Shown here piece after piece: positions 26,801 to 37,100 of a stretch of DNA of 64,000 nt. The position numbers and the translations under genes were made by a program. The stretch comes from an uncultured virus (IMG/VR IMGVR_UViG_3300009151_000002) (Duplodnaviria; Heunggongvirae; Uroviricota; Caudoviricetes), in IMG/VR virus record IMGVR_UViG_3300009151_000002. One strand, 5' to 3'. Each line of letters starts with the position of its first letter. The first letter of the stretch is position 1. The notes beneath the pieces were generated by a model, which did not search any database, was not told where the DNA came from, and was given only the letters and a program-made list of their open reading frames with translations.

Positions 26801-28795
26801 ATGTGTCTTATGAGAACAAACTATGTAATGGATTATGAAACATTGAAGAATTGTTTTGTAGCTGTGTATGAAGATGTAAAATCTGACAATAAAGAAATAT
26901 TTGTGTGTCATGAATCCAGAAATGATATCTTTGATTTAATAACATTTTTAGAACACAATATTGCCTATAATGAATGGCATATAAGCTTTAATGGCTTAGC
27001 ATTTGATGCTCAAATAACAGAGCATGTTCTTAGGAACAAAAAAATGCTACTTGCTAGCAATGGAGACAAGATAGCAAGATTTCTTTATTACAAAGCACAA
27101 GATGTAATATCTAGACAAAATAGAGGTGAATTCACTGAGTTTAGTCCTAGAGATCTGCAGATAAATCAAATTGATTTGTTTAAACTTAATCACTGGGATA
27201 ATCCAGCTAAGAGAAGTTCATTAAAGTGGATTCAGTATACAATGGATTGGACTAACATAGTTGATATGCCAATTCATCATAGTACTGAGATTACTGCAGA
27301 TGATGTTAATATGGTTATTAGTTACTGTATTAATGATGTCAAGTCTACTAAGGCTATTTTGATGTTGAATAAGAGTCAAATTGATTTGCGGAAAAATCTA
27401 ACTATAGAGTATAACATTGATTTGTTTAGTGCATCTGAGCCAAGAATTTCTAAAGAATTGTTTCTGCATTTCTTGAGTGAAAAAACTGGATACAAGAAAT
27501 GGGAACTTAGAAAGCTAAGAACCTATAGAAGCGACATTAGATTTGAGGATATAATTTTACCTTATACAAATTTTAAAACTGCAACATTTCAAAATTTACT
27601 AAATAAGTTTAAGGAGATTGTATTAAATCCTATGAATACTAAAGGAGGCTTCAAATATTCTGTCCAGTATAAGGGTTTGAAAACAGATTTTGGTCTGGGT
27701 GGTGTTCATGGAGCTAGAACAGCTGGTGTATATGAATCAGATGATGATATGGTAATCATGTCTTCAGATGTTGTCAGTTATTATCCAAACTTAGCTATTA
27801 GAAATAAATGGGCCCCCTATCACCTTCCTAAAGCAGAATTCTGTGATCTGTATGAATGGTTTTTTAATGAGAGAAAGAAAATAAGCAAGAAGGATCCAAA
27901 GAACTATGTATATAAGATTATTCTTAACTCAACTTATGGTTTGAGTAATGATGAGAATAGTTTTCTATATGATCCTGAGTTTACCATGAGAATTACTGTA
28001 AATGGTCAGCTAAGTCTAATGATGCTGTATGAGATGATTTGTGAAGAGATTCCAGATGTTATGCCTTTAATGCAGAATACAGATGGTCTAGAGACAATGA
28101 TTCCTAGAAAGTATTATGATAAGTATATGGAAATATGTGAAAGATGGCAGAACATAACTAATCTGCAACTGGAGCATGATACATATAGTAAAATAATTCT
28201 TGGAGATGTAAATAACTATATTGCTGTAACTGAAAGAAAGAAAATAGACAAAGAAGTTTATGAGGAACTCAAGAAAAAGGTCCCATATGATGTTTATGAA
28301 GAAATTGATGGAGAATATTTCTTCAAAGCAACTAAGTCAAAAGGCCGGTTTGAGTTTAGTAATCTAGCATTACACAAAAACAAAAGTTTTTTGATTATTC
28401 CAAAAGCTATATTTATGTATTTTGTACATGGAATAAAGCCTGAAGAGTATCTTCTTACTGAGAATAACATATTTGATTACTGTGGTGGTGTAAAGATTAA
28501 GGGTAATTGGAAATTTGTAGAACACCATGTTGAAATGGGATACTATGTAAAAGACAATTTACAAGATACATTAAGGTATTACATGTCTAACACCGGTAGT
28601 AAGATAATTAAACAGAACAAAGATGACAAGCGTGAGATCCAGATAGAAGCTGGACGCTGGTTGCAAACAGTTTATGTAAAACATGTAGAGACACCATTTG
28701 AAGAATATGGTATCAATCTGAATTATTATTTAGATAAGATTTATAAAGAGATAAATTCTCTTGAGCCAGTAATTACACAATTAAAATTATTTTAG
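26801..28795 (+). CDS. polB: Family B DNA polymerase with 3'-5' exonuclease
   Basis: Exonuclease motifs DYE, FNGLAFD and YCINDV; polymerase motifs SDVVSYYP, KIILNSTYG and NTDG. Confidence 0.95.
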   Translation: MCLMRTNYVMDYETLKNCFVAVYEDVKSDNKEIFVCHESRNDIFDLITFLEHNIAYNEWHISFNGLAFDAQITEHVLRNKKMLLASNGDKIARFLYYKAQDVISRQNRGEFTEFSPRDLQINQIDLFKLNHWDNPAKRSSLKWIQYTMDWTNIVDMPIHHSTEITADDVNMVISYCINDVKSTKAILMLNKSQIDLRKNLTIEYNIDLFSASEPRISKELFLHFLSEKTGYKKWELRKLRTYRSDIRFEDIILPYTNFKTATFQNLLNKFKEIVLNPMNTKGGFKYSVQYKGLKTDFGLGGVHGARTAGVYESDDDMVIMSSDVVSYYPNLAIRNKWAPYHLPKAEFCDLYEWFFNERKKISKKDPKNYVYKIILNSTYGLSNDENSFLYDPEFTMRITVNGQLSLMMLYEMICEEIPDVMPLMQNTDGLETMIPRKYYDKYMEICERWQNITNLQLEHDTYSKIILGDVNNYIAVTERKKIDKEVYEELKKKVPYDVYEEIDGEYFFKATKSKGRFEFSNLALHKNKSFLIIPKAIFMYFVHGIKPEEYLLTENNIFDYCGGVKIKGNWKFVEHHVEMGYYVKDNLQDTLRYYMSNTGSKIIKQNKDDKREIQIEAGRWLQTVYVKHVETPFEEYGINLNYYLDKIYKEINSLEPVITQLKLF

Positions 28796-28797
28796 TT

Positions 28798-29937
28798 ATG
28801 CCAAAAAGAATTAGCGAGTGTAGCAAAGCACATTTGATTAATGTGCCCTTACCACAACACGGATCAACATATACAGTAATTGGTCACCAATTTGTGATTG
28901 ATTATGTTCATCAAGCCCTAGCACTTGCAGGGTTTAACATTTTACATGAAGAATATAGATGTACAGCAGATGGTCAGATAGCTCAAGGAATTCACAAGTT
29001 AGCTTATAATAGTGATCCTGAATTATCAATGATGTTTGCTTGGACTAATAGCTACAACAAACAGATTAAATTTAAATGTATTGTTGGTGCTTATATTGAA
29101 ACTACTAGCACTGTGATGGTATCCGGTGACATGGGAGTTTGGATTAGAAAACATATGGGTACTGCAGACACTGAGACAAAAGATACAATTGATGAGCAAA
29201 TTAAAAATGCACATCAGTACTATAATCAGTTGTTGTCCGATAAGAATGAGATGGTTGATAAGACCCTGGACATTAGAAAAAAGGCCCAATTATTAGGTAT
29301 TTTATTTGCTGAGTATGGTATTTTAACTACTGAACAAGCAAGTATTGTAAAGAACTTTATTGACAGACCAATGAAAAACTTTACAAATCCTGATAGCTTA
29401 TGGACTTTCTATAATGCAATTACTATTGCTCTACAACAATCACATCCTAGAACTTGGATGGAGGACCAAAGAGTACTACACTATTTCATAGATAGTATCT
29501 ACAAGTTTCCTAAACAAGTTTTCACAGCTCCAGTAGCTGTTGTTGAACCTGTAGAGATTGAAGAAGATGCTGTAGATCCTGCTCAAATGACTATCTTTGA
29601 TGTTATTGAAGAAGAAGAAGAGATAGCTGTATGCCCACCTCCAGTAGAAGAACCTGAAGCTGAAGATGAGTTTGCTGTAGAAGATAATGTTGATGATGTA
29701 ATTCAATATACAGACCCTGCTGGAAATACATTTGAAGCTCCATTGTTAGAAGCTATAGAAGCACACAATGTATTTGTTAATCCTTCAGAAGAACCAAAAA
29801 CTGAAAAATTATCATTAGATGATATTTTGATAAGATTACCAAATGAAGAAAAAGCTAAAGAAGAACCAGATTTTTCATTAGACTTTAGTTCTTCAGATGA
29901 TGAAGAAGATTCTGATTTCATACCTGATTTGTTTTAA
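28798..29937 (+). CDS. DUF932-like protein with long acidic tail
   Basis: TYTVIGH...WTNSYNKQIKF...IRKHMG...SLWTFYNAIT. Confidence 0.65.
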   Translation: MPKRISECSKAHLINVPLPQHGSTYTVIGHQFVIDYVHQALALAGFNILHEEYRCTADGQIAQGIHKLAYNSDPELSMMFAWTNSYNKQIKFKCIVGAYIETTSTVMVSGDMGVWIRKHMGTADTETKDTIDEQIKNAHQYYNQLLSDKNEMVDKTLDIRKKAQLLGILFAEYGILTTEQASIVKNFIDRPMKNFTNPDSLWTFYNAITIALQQSHPRTWMEDQRVLHYFIDSIYKFPKQVFTAPVAVVEPVEIEEDAVDPAQMTIFDVIEEEEEIAVCPPPVEEPEAEDEFAVEDNVDDVIQYTDPAGNTFEAPLLEAIEAHNVFVNPSEEPKTEKLSLDDILIRLPNEEKAKEEPDFSLDFSSSDDEEDSDFIPDLF

Positions 29938-29958
29938 TTGTTTAATTTATTTTTTTAG

Positions 29959-29984
29959 AGAGGCGGGAAACTGCCTCTTTTTTT
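29959..29984 (+). terminator. Intrinsic terminator overlapping a TATCTTTG promoter element (29984-29991)
   Basis: AGAGGCGG-GAAA-CTGCCTCT followed by a T tract. Confidence 0.8.
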
Positions 29985-30015
29985 ATCTTTGTAAAATAAT
30001 TAAATATAAAATATT

Positions 30016-30201
30016 ATGTCAAGAATAGAATCAGAAATTCAGAGAGATATTGAGATTTATAGAACTCATTTATCAGGTGACCTTTTTAAAGATGGAGAAA
30101 TTCAGCAAAAAATTTATGAGTTAAAAAAAGAATTAAATCCTAGAATAGAAGAACATCCTGAAGAAGATGATGATGAGGGTTGCATAAACTGTGGAAGTTA
30201 A
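30016..30201 (+). CDS. Small protein with C-terminal CxxCGS
   Basis: LSGDLFKDGEIQQKIYELK...CINCGS*. Confidence 0.75.
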   Translation: MSRIESEIQRDIEIYRTHLSGDLFKDGEIQQKIYELKKELNPRIEEHPEEDDDEGCINCGS

Positions 30202-30211
30202 ATGTATTAAA

Positions 30212-30421
30212 ATGAATTTTTTAAGATACTTGATAATTAATGGTGTTCAAAGATGGGGTTCATTTATGTGGGTTGGAACTCATATAAGCATGACTCAAAC
30301 TGATTGGCATTGGATATTAGAAACTATCTTATGTGTTGGTATAGATATAATTTTAGTTACTGGTTTATATTTAGAATGGGTAGAATATAAAAAAAATAAA
30401 AATGATGAAAAAGCAAATTGA
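30212..30421 (+). CDS. Small membrane protein
   Basis: Two hydrophobic segments. Confidence 0.55.
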   Translation: MNFLRYLIINGVQRWGSFMWVGTHISMTQTDWHWILETILCVGIDIILVTGLYLEWVEYKKNKNDEKAN

Positions 30422-30800
30422 AGCAGTAAGAGAGTTCCATGAAACTTTTAACCAAGAAAATGGTACATTACCAAGATTGATAGAAAATCATGAGTGGATG
30501 TTGAGACATAAACTTATGGCTGAAGAAAATGATGAATATTTTGATGCTTGTGATAAAAAAGATCTTACAGAAATTGCAGATGCTTTAGGTGATAAACTTT
30601 ATATATTGTGTGGTACTATACTTAAACATGGTATGCAAGATATCATAGAGAAAGTATTTGATGAGATTCATTCTAGCAACATGAGTAAAGTTGGTGAAGA
30701 TGGTAAAGCAATCATGAGAGAAGATGGGAAAATTTTAAAGGGTCCATCATATTTTAAACCAAACTTAAAACAATTTATTGAAAATGAGCATAGCAAATAA
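30402..30800 (+). CDS. MazG-like/PRA-PH family NTP pyrophosphohydrolase (dUTPase-like)
   Basis: VREFHETF...EENDEY...EIADALGD.LY...SNMSK...REDGKILKG. Confidence 0.88.
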   Translation: MMKKQIEAVREFHETFNQENGTLPRLIENHEWMLRHKLMAEENDEYFDACDKKDLTEIADALGDKLYILCGTILKHGMQDIIEKVFDEIHSSNMSKVGEDGKAIMREDGKILKGPSYFKPNLKQFIENEHSK

Positions 30801-30951
30801 AAACAGAAACAGAAAAAAAGTAATAAAATTAGATCTTATGTGTCCAATCAGTTACAATAGATTTAAGTTTAGAGAAAATAGAAAAGGTGTTTTTAATATT
30901 ACAAGAGAAAGAATTAGAAAAACTTACATTAGTAATGATGATTTAAATTAA
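30784..30951 (+). CDS. Small basic hypothetical protein (55 aa)
   Basis: Tiles the gap, with a TAATG overlap to the next ORF. Confidence 0.45.
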   Translation: MSIANKNRNRKKVIKLDLMCPISYNRFKFRENRKGVFNITRERIRKTYISNDDLN

Positions 30952-31127
30952 TGATTATGCATCCAGTAGTCTTTAGAAAACTTATGATTGAAGCATACTT
31001 AGCAGGTGCAACTGTTATGGATTGTGGTTGTTATGAAAGACCTACAAAAGTAGAAGCTAGAGATTGGTTTGACAATGAATATGGTAAACAAGAGTCAGAA
31101 GAATGTGACTGTTGTGATGAAGATTAA
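30951..31127 (+). CDS. Small Cys-containing hypothetical protein (58 aa)
   Basis: MIMHPVVFRKLMIEAYLAGA...CDCCDED*. Confidence 0.6.
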   Translation: MIMHPVVFRKLMIEAYLAGATVMDCGCYERPTKVEARDWFDNEYGKQESEECDCCDED

Positions 31128-31132
31128 AAATT

Positions 31133-31164
31133 AGGGAAAGCTTAACGGCTTTCCCTTTTTTTTT
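31133..31164. terminator. Terminator between the two convergent genome arms
   Basis: AGGGAAAGCT-TAAC-GGCTTTCCCT followed by a long T run. Confidence 0.85.
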
Positions 31165-31175
31165 CCATTTAATCT

Positions 31176-34100
31176 TTATCTGATTCTTGTTGCACCTTTT
31201 GATAAGTTTTTCAATGATGTTTCTGGATCTCCAATACCACCTGTTAAACCTAACATAGTAAATATTCTTTTGTAAGTTTTTAACTCACCTTTTTTCTGCC
31301 ACCAGTAAGGACCAACATTTTTTTTGTATCTTACAGCATCATCATTTAATGTGATTAGATTTAAGACATCCCCGAAGATTTCAATATAAGTTAACAGTGT
31401 ATTTCCAAAAGCTGTTGTAGTTGAGGTTAATATTTTTGCATAATCATCAGCACCAAAGTTAAAACCTTGTATTGATGGTAATGGAATAAAAGCACCGGTT
31501 TCAGCTTGAACACCTAATAACAATAACAGAGCATGATTAGATATATAACCATAAGTATTAAATTCATCTGTAAACAGGGCCCCTGATTTAGCTTTTATTT
31601 TTTTCCATTTGTCTGGATCATCATCATCAAATCCAAATAACATTGATGCTATTAAGCCAGATGCAATTACTATTAAACCTTCTGTTGCAGCTTTTTTCAT
31701 TGCACCTTTTTGTTCATCATTAAGATATTGATAATCTGCTCCTTTTGATTTTAGTATTTTAGTTAAAGCTTGGAAAGCCTCTACATAAAAACCTTTTGTA
31801 GTTCTACCCATAGCCCAATCATATCTTGATCCACCAAAGTTTTCTTTACTAACATCCATACCAAAACGGTTAGCAAACATTGGAGTAAACCATTTTCTCA
31901 TGAAAAAGAACATACGGTACATAATGTACTTGTTACCTTCTGGTTGTCCAAACTTATCATAAACTCCAAATAGAGCACGAGAAGTTCCCTGTAGTTTGTT
32001 TTTAAACTGCTTGAAGTATTCTGACTTAGCAATAACAATTTCTTGACCATCTTCAAGTTGAATTTCAGACTTAATACTATTTTTAGCTTTAAGTTCTTCT
32101 ACAGTCACATTATATTTTTTTGCAATATCCGCTAGTTTCTCACCTTTGTTAAAAATATGGTATGTAGATTCATAATTCCAACCAGGATGAATACCTTCTT
32201 TAAGTTTAAGTATTCCATTGTCATCTTTTTCCCATGCATCTGAATAATTTATTAAACTTTTTGATCCATCTGAATAGTTTTGCTCAATTTTTTCAGCATG
32301 TAGAAATGAACCAAATAATCTCATAGCAACTTCCATCTCACCAAACTTACGGTGCATGTACATCCATTCACCATTTATTAAATCTTTGTACAAAGATCTG
32401 TATACCGGTTTACCATTCTCATCTGTTGCTTTAAAGTTAGGGTCAAAAACTTGTACTAACTGTGTTGACACTGCTCCAGGACCTATTTCATAGATTCCTT
32501 TTGTTGTCCACTCTAACATAGCTTTAGTTGTCCATGTTGCAGACAAAGCTAAATCTCTACCAGAAATATATCTATTTCCAGAAGCTTCAATAATAGTTTG
32601 AATGTAACCAGACACCTGATTCTTTATATCTGATGGAATGTTTAATGCTAATGCAGCTCTACTAGATCTACTTGTTAATGCAGTTAACCACTTACTTAAA
32701 ACTGGATGGTTTTCTTCAATACCAACAGCTTGTCTTCCGTGATACTCTCTTTCAATAAGAGATCTTACTTGACCGGCTCTATTATTCATAGCATTAGACC
32801 TAGTTGGATGTTGTTGCTTCTTTCTTAAATTATAGATACCTTTTGAAAATGAATCTAATTTTTTAGGTTGGTTAGCTGGATCTTCTAAAGTTTCCATGAT
32901 AGAATTTACTAATGGTAAACTTTTAATTAATGCACTTTGAGTTTGTACAGAAAGACCATATTTAAATAATGAATTAAATACATCAGCATCTACATTCTTT
33001 GCATCTAAATTATAAATACCTGTTACAGGAATATAAGATATCTCATTACCTTGTAAGTCTGTATTTACTAAGTTGTTTTCTGGATTGTAGTTAAACTGAT
33101 CTAAGTTATCTTGTACAGATTTACCAAATGTTTGTTTTAACCATTCTTTAACATTATCTCTAACTTCTTTGAATCTTTCCCCATATTCACCTTTTTGTAA
33201 AACTTGATAGTAATCTCCTCTTTCAATACCATATCTTGGTAAATCTAAATAAAGTTTACCATAACTTGAAGCACCTTCTTGCAATTGCAAGTGATAGTTT
33301 TTCATTAGTTCTAATAACTTGTATTCAGGAGAATTTGGATTAGATTTGATTTTCTTAAATTTCTCACTAATATACTTACCATCTTTTGCACTGTTTTTAG
33401 AACTTGGATCAAAAGATCTTGGTAAGAAGTTACCTTTATTATCAATAACCTTTCCAACATAGTCTTTTCTTACACCACCTCTTGGTATTGTTCTATACTC
33501 ATTTTTAACTTCTCTTCTTGAGTGTCTAATGTTAGGAACACCAATAAGAGAGATAACTTCTCCTGTTAGGTTATCCTTTATCTTAGTATTTATAAAATGC
33601 TTTGGGTTGGTTGGCTTGCTGTAGGAATTAGCCGCGGTTCTCTGATATTTTGGTACCAATACACCATCTTCATAAACCTGAAGTTTAACATGGCTTAATT
33701 CAAACCAATCAAACAAATCTGCATCATACAAATCACTTTCTGGGTCAATTAATTCTTGGAATAATTTACCATTGATAAATTGATCTACTGTAACATCTGT
33801 AAAAACAGGAATGTTATCATACTTTGACATGTGTGTTTCTAGAGCATCCATGTAATAATCTGTTGGATACTTACTAGAGATATCAGATAACTCACCTATT
33901 ACTTCTGACAAAGCTTCAACTAGTGTAACATCAACATCTTTCTTAGCAGTAAGTAATCTATCTAATTCTTCCGCTTCTTCATCAGTTAATTCTTCATCTC
34001 TTGATTTAATAATTAATTCCTGAAGTGTAGCAGAATCTTCTCTTGATAAACCAGTATACTTATCTAATTTCTGTCTTACATCAATTATGTTTTGTTGAAT

Positions 34101-37100
34101 ATCTTTGATTTTTCTAAGTCTTTCTTCTCCTAATTGTGTAGCATCCGGTTGACCAAAATCATCTTTAAATGTGTACAATAAATCTAATATTTTCTTGTAC
34201 TCATCTGATACATTATAGTCAGTTTTTAATTGCTCATTAATTTGAGATTGAATTGCATTCAGTCTTTCAAACAATCTAGTTCTTTCATCATAGTATTCTT
34301 GAGAATAAACAATTCTAACATTTTGTTTTTGCCATTCTCTTAGTAATTTATCATATTCTTTACTATCTTTTTTGACATCCTTAGTAAGTAATTCAGAAAC
34401 AAATTCATTATATGCTGTATCTAAAGAGTTTGTAATTGGAACCCATTCATAAAACTTATTAGTTTCTTGTCTGTGTTTGATTAATAACTCGGCAATAGAC
34501 TTATCATAGATTCCTTTTGCTGGATCATCTACTTTTTCAGTTCCGTCTTCATTCTGTAAAGAATATAATCTTTGATAAGTTTTGAAAGCTTCTTGCAATT
34601 CACTGTGTTTTTCAAATCTTTCATACTCTTTTTGCAAACTGTTTTGTAAATTGATATAATTTTCCAAAGCAGATCTTCTTGCAGAATATGCTAATGCTCC
34701 TATCTCAGAGTCTTTAAAGATATCATCTTTTTCATAATACTCTAATGTATATTCTTGCCACATGTAGTCTTTATTGAATTGTCTTAATTCATCAAGAGCT
34801 TTAGCAATCTTATCTTTTTCTCCGCTTTTCTTAGCTTCCTCATATAAAAACTCTAATTTGTCAAGCTCAAATCTCCAACCATTTCCAAATTCATTTAAGA
34901 ATGTAAAAACATCTCTGGATTCATAATCACCTGTTTTTTTATTAAAGTAAAATATCTGATCTTTTTCAGCAACCATGTCTCTTATTTGAGTTGGATTCAT
35001 TTTACTGAAATTTACTTGAGGAAGTAATATCTCTAACTGAGCTCTAAAATCTTGAGACATTCTCCAAACTTTAGTTTCTACTTCAGTTTTTTGGTTTTGA
35101 ATAAACATAGATAAAGGACCCACTATTACATCATTACTAGAACTATAAGATTCTAACCACCTGTTAAACCAGCTTACATCTTTAGCATGTCCTGTGAGAG
35201 CGTCTTTAATTTTATCTTCATTTACAATATAGTTGTTATATTTTTTTATGAACTCATCTAGAATATTTGCAGGAACACCTTTATCATGAAGAGCTTTTGC
35301 ATCTTCTGGAGTAAATTTTTGTTCAACAACTTTTCTATATAATTCATCTACAGCTGTTTCTAACTCAGATTCAGAAAATGCCTTTTTTAAAGCAATGCCT
35401 AAATTAGATTTTAACTCTTTATTTACAAATTCATTCATGTAACCTGTGATTTCCACAAAAAATTGAATACCTCCTTTTTTATAAATTTGAGCAATCTTAG
35501 AATTAATTATAGTAGCATTATTAACAATACTGGTAATAAGTGAATAGAACTCACTGTTTTTATCTATTTCAGTTTCATCTAAAAGTTCATTGATTTGATC
35601 AATTACATTTAACCAAGATTCAGAAGTATTTTTATAAAGACCTAGTAAAGCAATTGTGTTTCTATTGTTGATTAAACTAGGTTGTTTATTGATATTGTTA
35701 AGCTCTTTAATTATGTTGTTACTTGATGTATTAATCCTATCAACACTGTTAATTAAAGCCGCAGCCATTTGTTTTGTCTTTTCTAGATCTTCTAGATCTT
35801 CATTTAATATAACATTTAGATTATTAATGTTTTGATATCCTTTAAGAATTTCATCTACTCCAGGTAATAAGTTTGTTGTATTTTGCTTTTTTAAAGCTTT
35901 TTCTAACATTTCTCTTGTTACTTTATCAGATTTGAAGTCTTTAATTTGATTAACAATCTGTAAGTTACGTGCATAAAATTCATTTACTATTTCTTGTAAA
36001 ACATTAGCACTTGCACTAGATGTGAGTTTATCTGCTTCTGTAAAAATATCTCTAACATACATTACCAAATCATCCTCAGTAAGATTAACTTCTTCAAAGT
36101 CAAACATGGTATCATCAAGCAGCATCTCAGCTAGTTCATCAAGAGATGTAGATTCATTAAGGTTTTTCAAGTTTACTCCATTTCCAAATATTTCACGTAA
36201 TAACTGTTTTAATGAAGCTAATAACTTGGTCATAAAAGATTGAAACCCTTCTGTCTCAACTTTATTTTCAAGTTTATTCATGGATTTTAGTTGCATAGCA
36301 AATGCTAATACTTCTTCCTTAAACAAATCAGAATTAACATCTAGTTCAGGATATGCTTTTTTCACATATGCCATGATACTTAAACCTTCATCTGTTTTAG
36401 ATAATTGATTGTATAAATTATTAAATAGTTGAGGATTTGTTTTTCTTATACCTTGTAGTAATGGGTGAGAAAATTCATGTAGTAGAATACCCGGTCTTAC
36501 ATTATCTCCAACAATGAATATAGCTCCATTATAAAAGAATGCAGGCTCACCTCTATATGGTACAGGATTGTTTTTAAGCATTTCTGTAGCTTGCTCTGGA
36601 GATAAGTTATGATAATTTATTCCAAGTTTAGCTGCTAATTTAGATGCTATAGCTTCAGCAACAGCTTTTGATGCTTGTTGATTGATTGTATTTAAATCAA
36701 TTGGTATAATTGGAATGTTATTATCTGTTCTAATAAACATAGCTTGTTTAGAAATACCTTTAACAAACTGTTTAAACCCTTCTATGTCATCATTGCTTCC
36801 TAGTATATGTATTTGTTCTGGTTCAAATACTGTATAAATGGTATCTAATAAAGGATCATAAACATTTTCAAAAATTGCCCCATCTTCAGTAGTTTTATTT
36901 TTTAACAATGTATTAAAAGATATTTCTCTTGTTTGATATTTTTCTGTTTGATTAAAATCATATGTAATTGGATTAGTTATATTGATTACCATTCCTCTCA
37001 CATAATTCATAACATCTTTTATAATAGAATCAAACTCAGATATATATTCATTAACATTTCCATCAAATTCAGAAACAATTTTTATTATTTGATTTTTTAA

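Noticed and set aside
14094..28795. Inteins or introns in dnaB, primase or polB
   Set aside because: Lengths are compact, motifs are contiguous, and no intein terminal motifs are present. The LAGLIDADG is free-standing.
127..29921. Short minus-strand or off-frame ORFs in the plus arm (e.g. 127, 2243, 3969, 8878, 14975, 17946, 21376, 24425, 29026)
   Set aside because: They overlap better-supported genes and have shadow-like composition.
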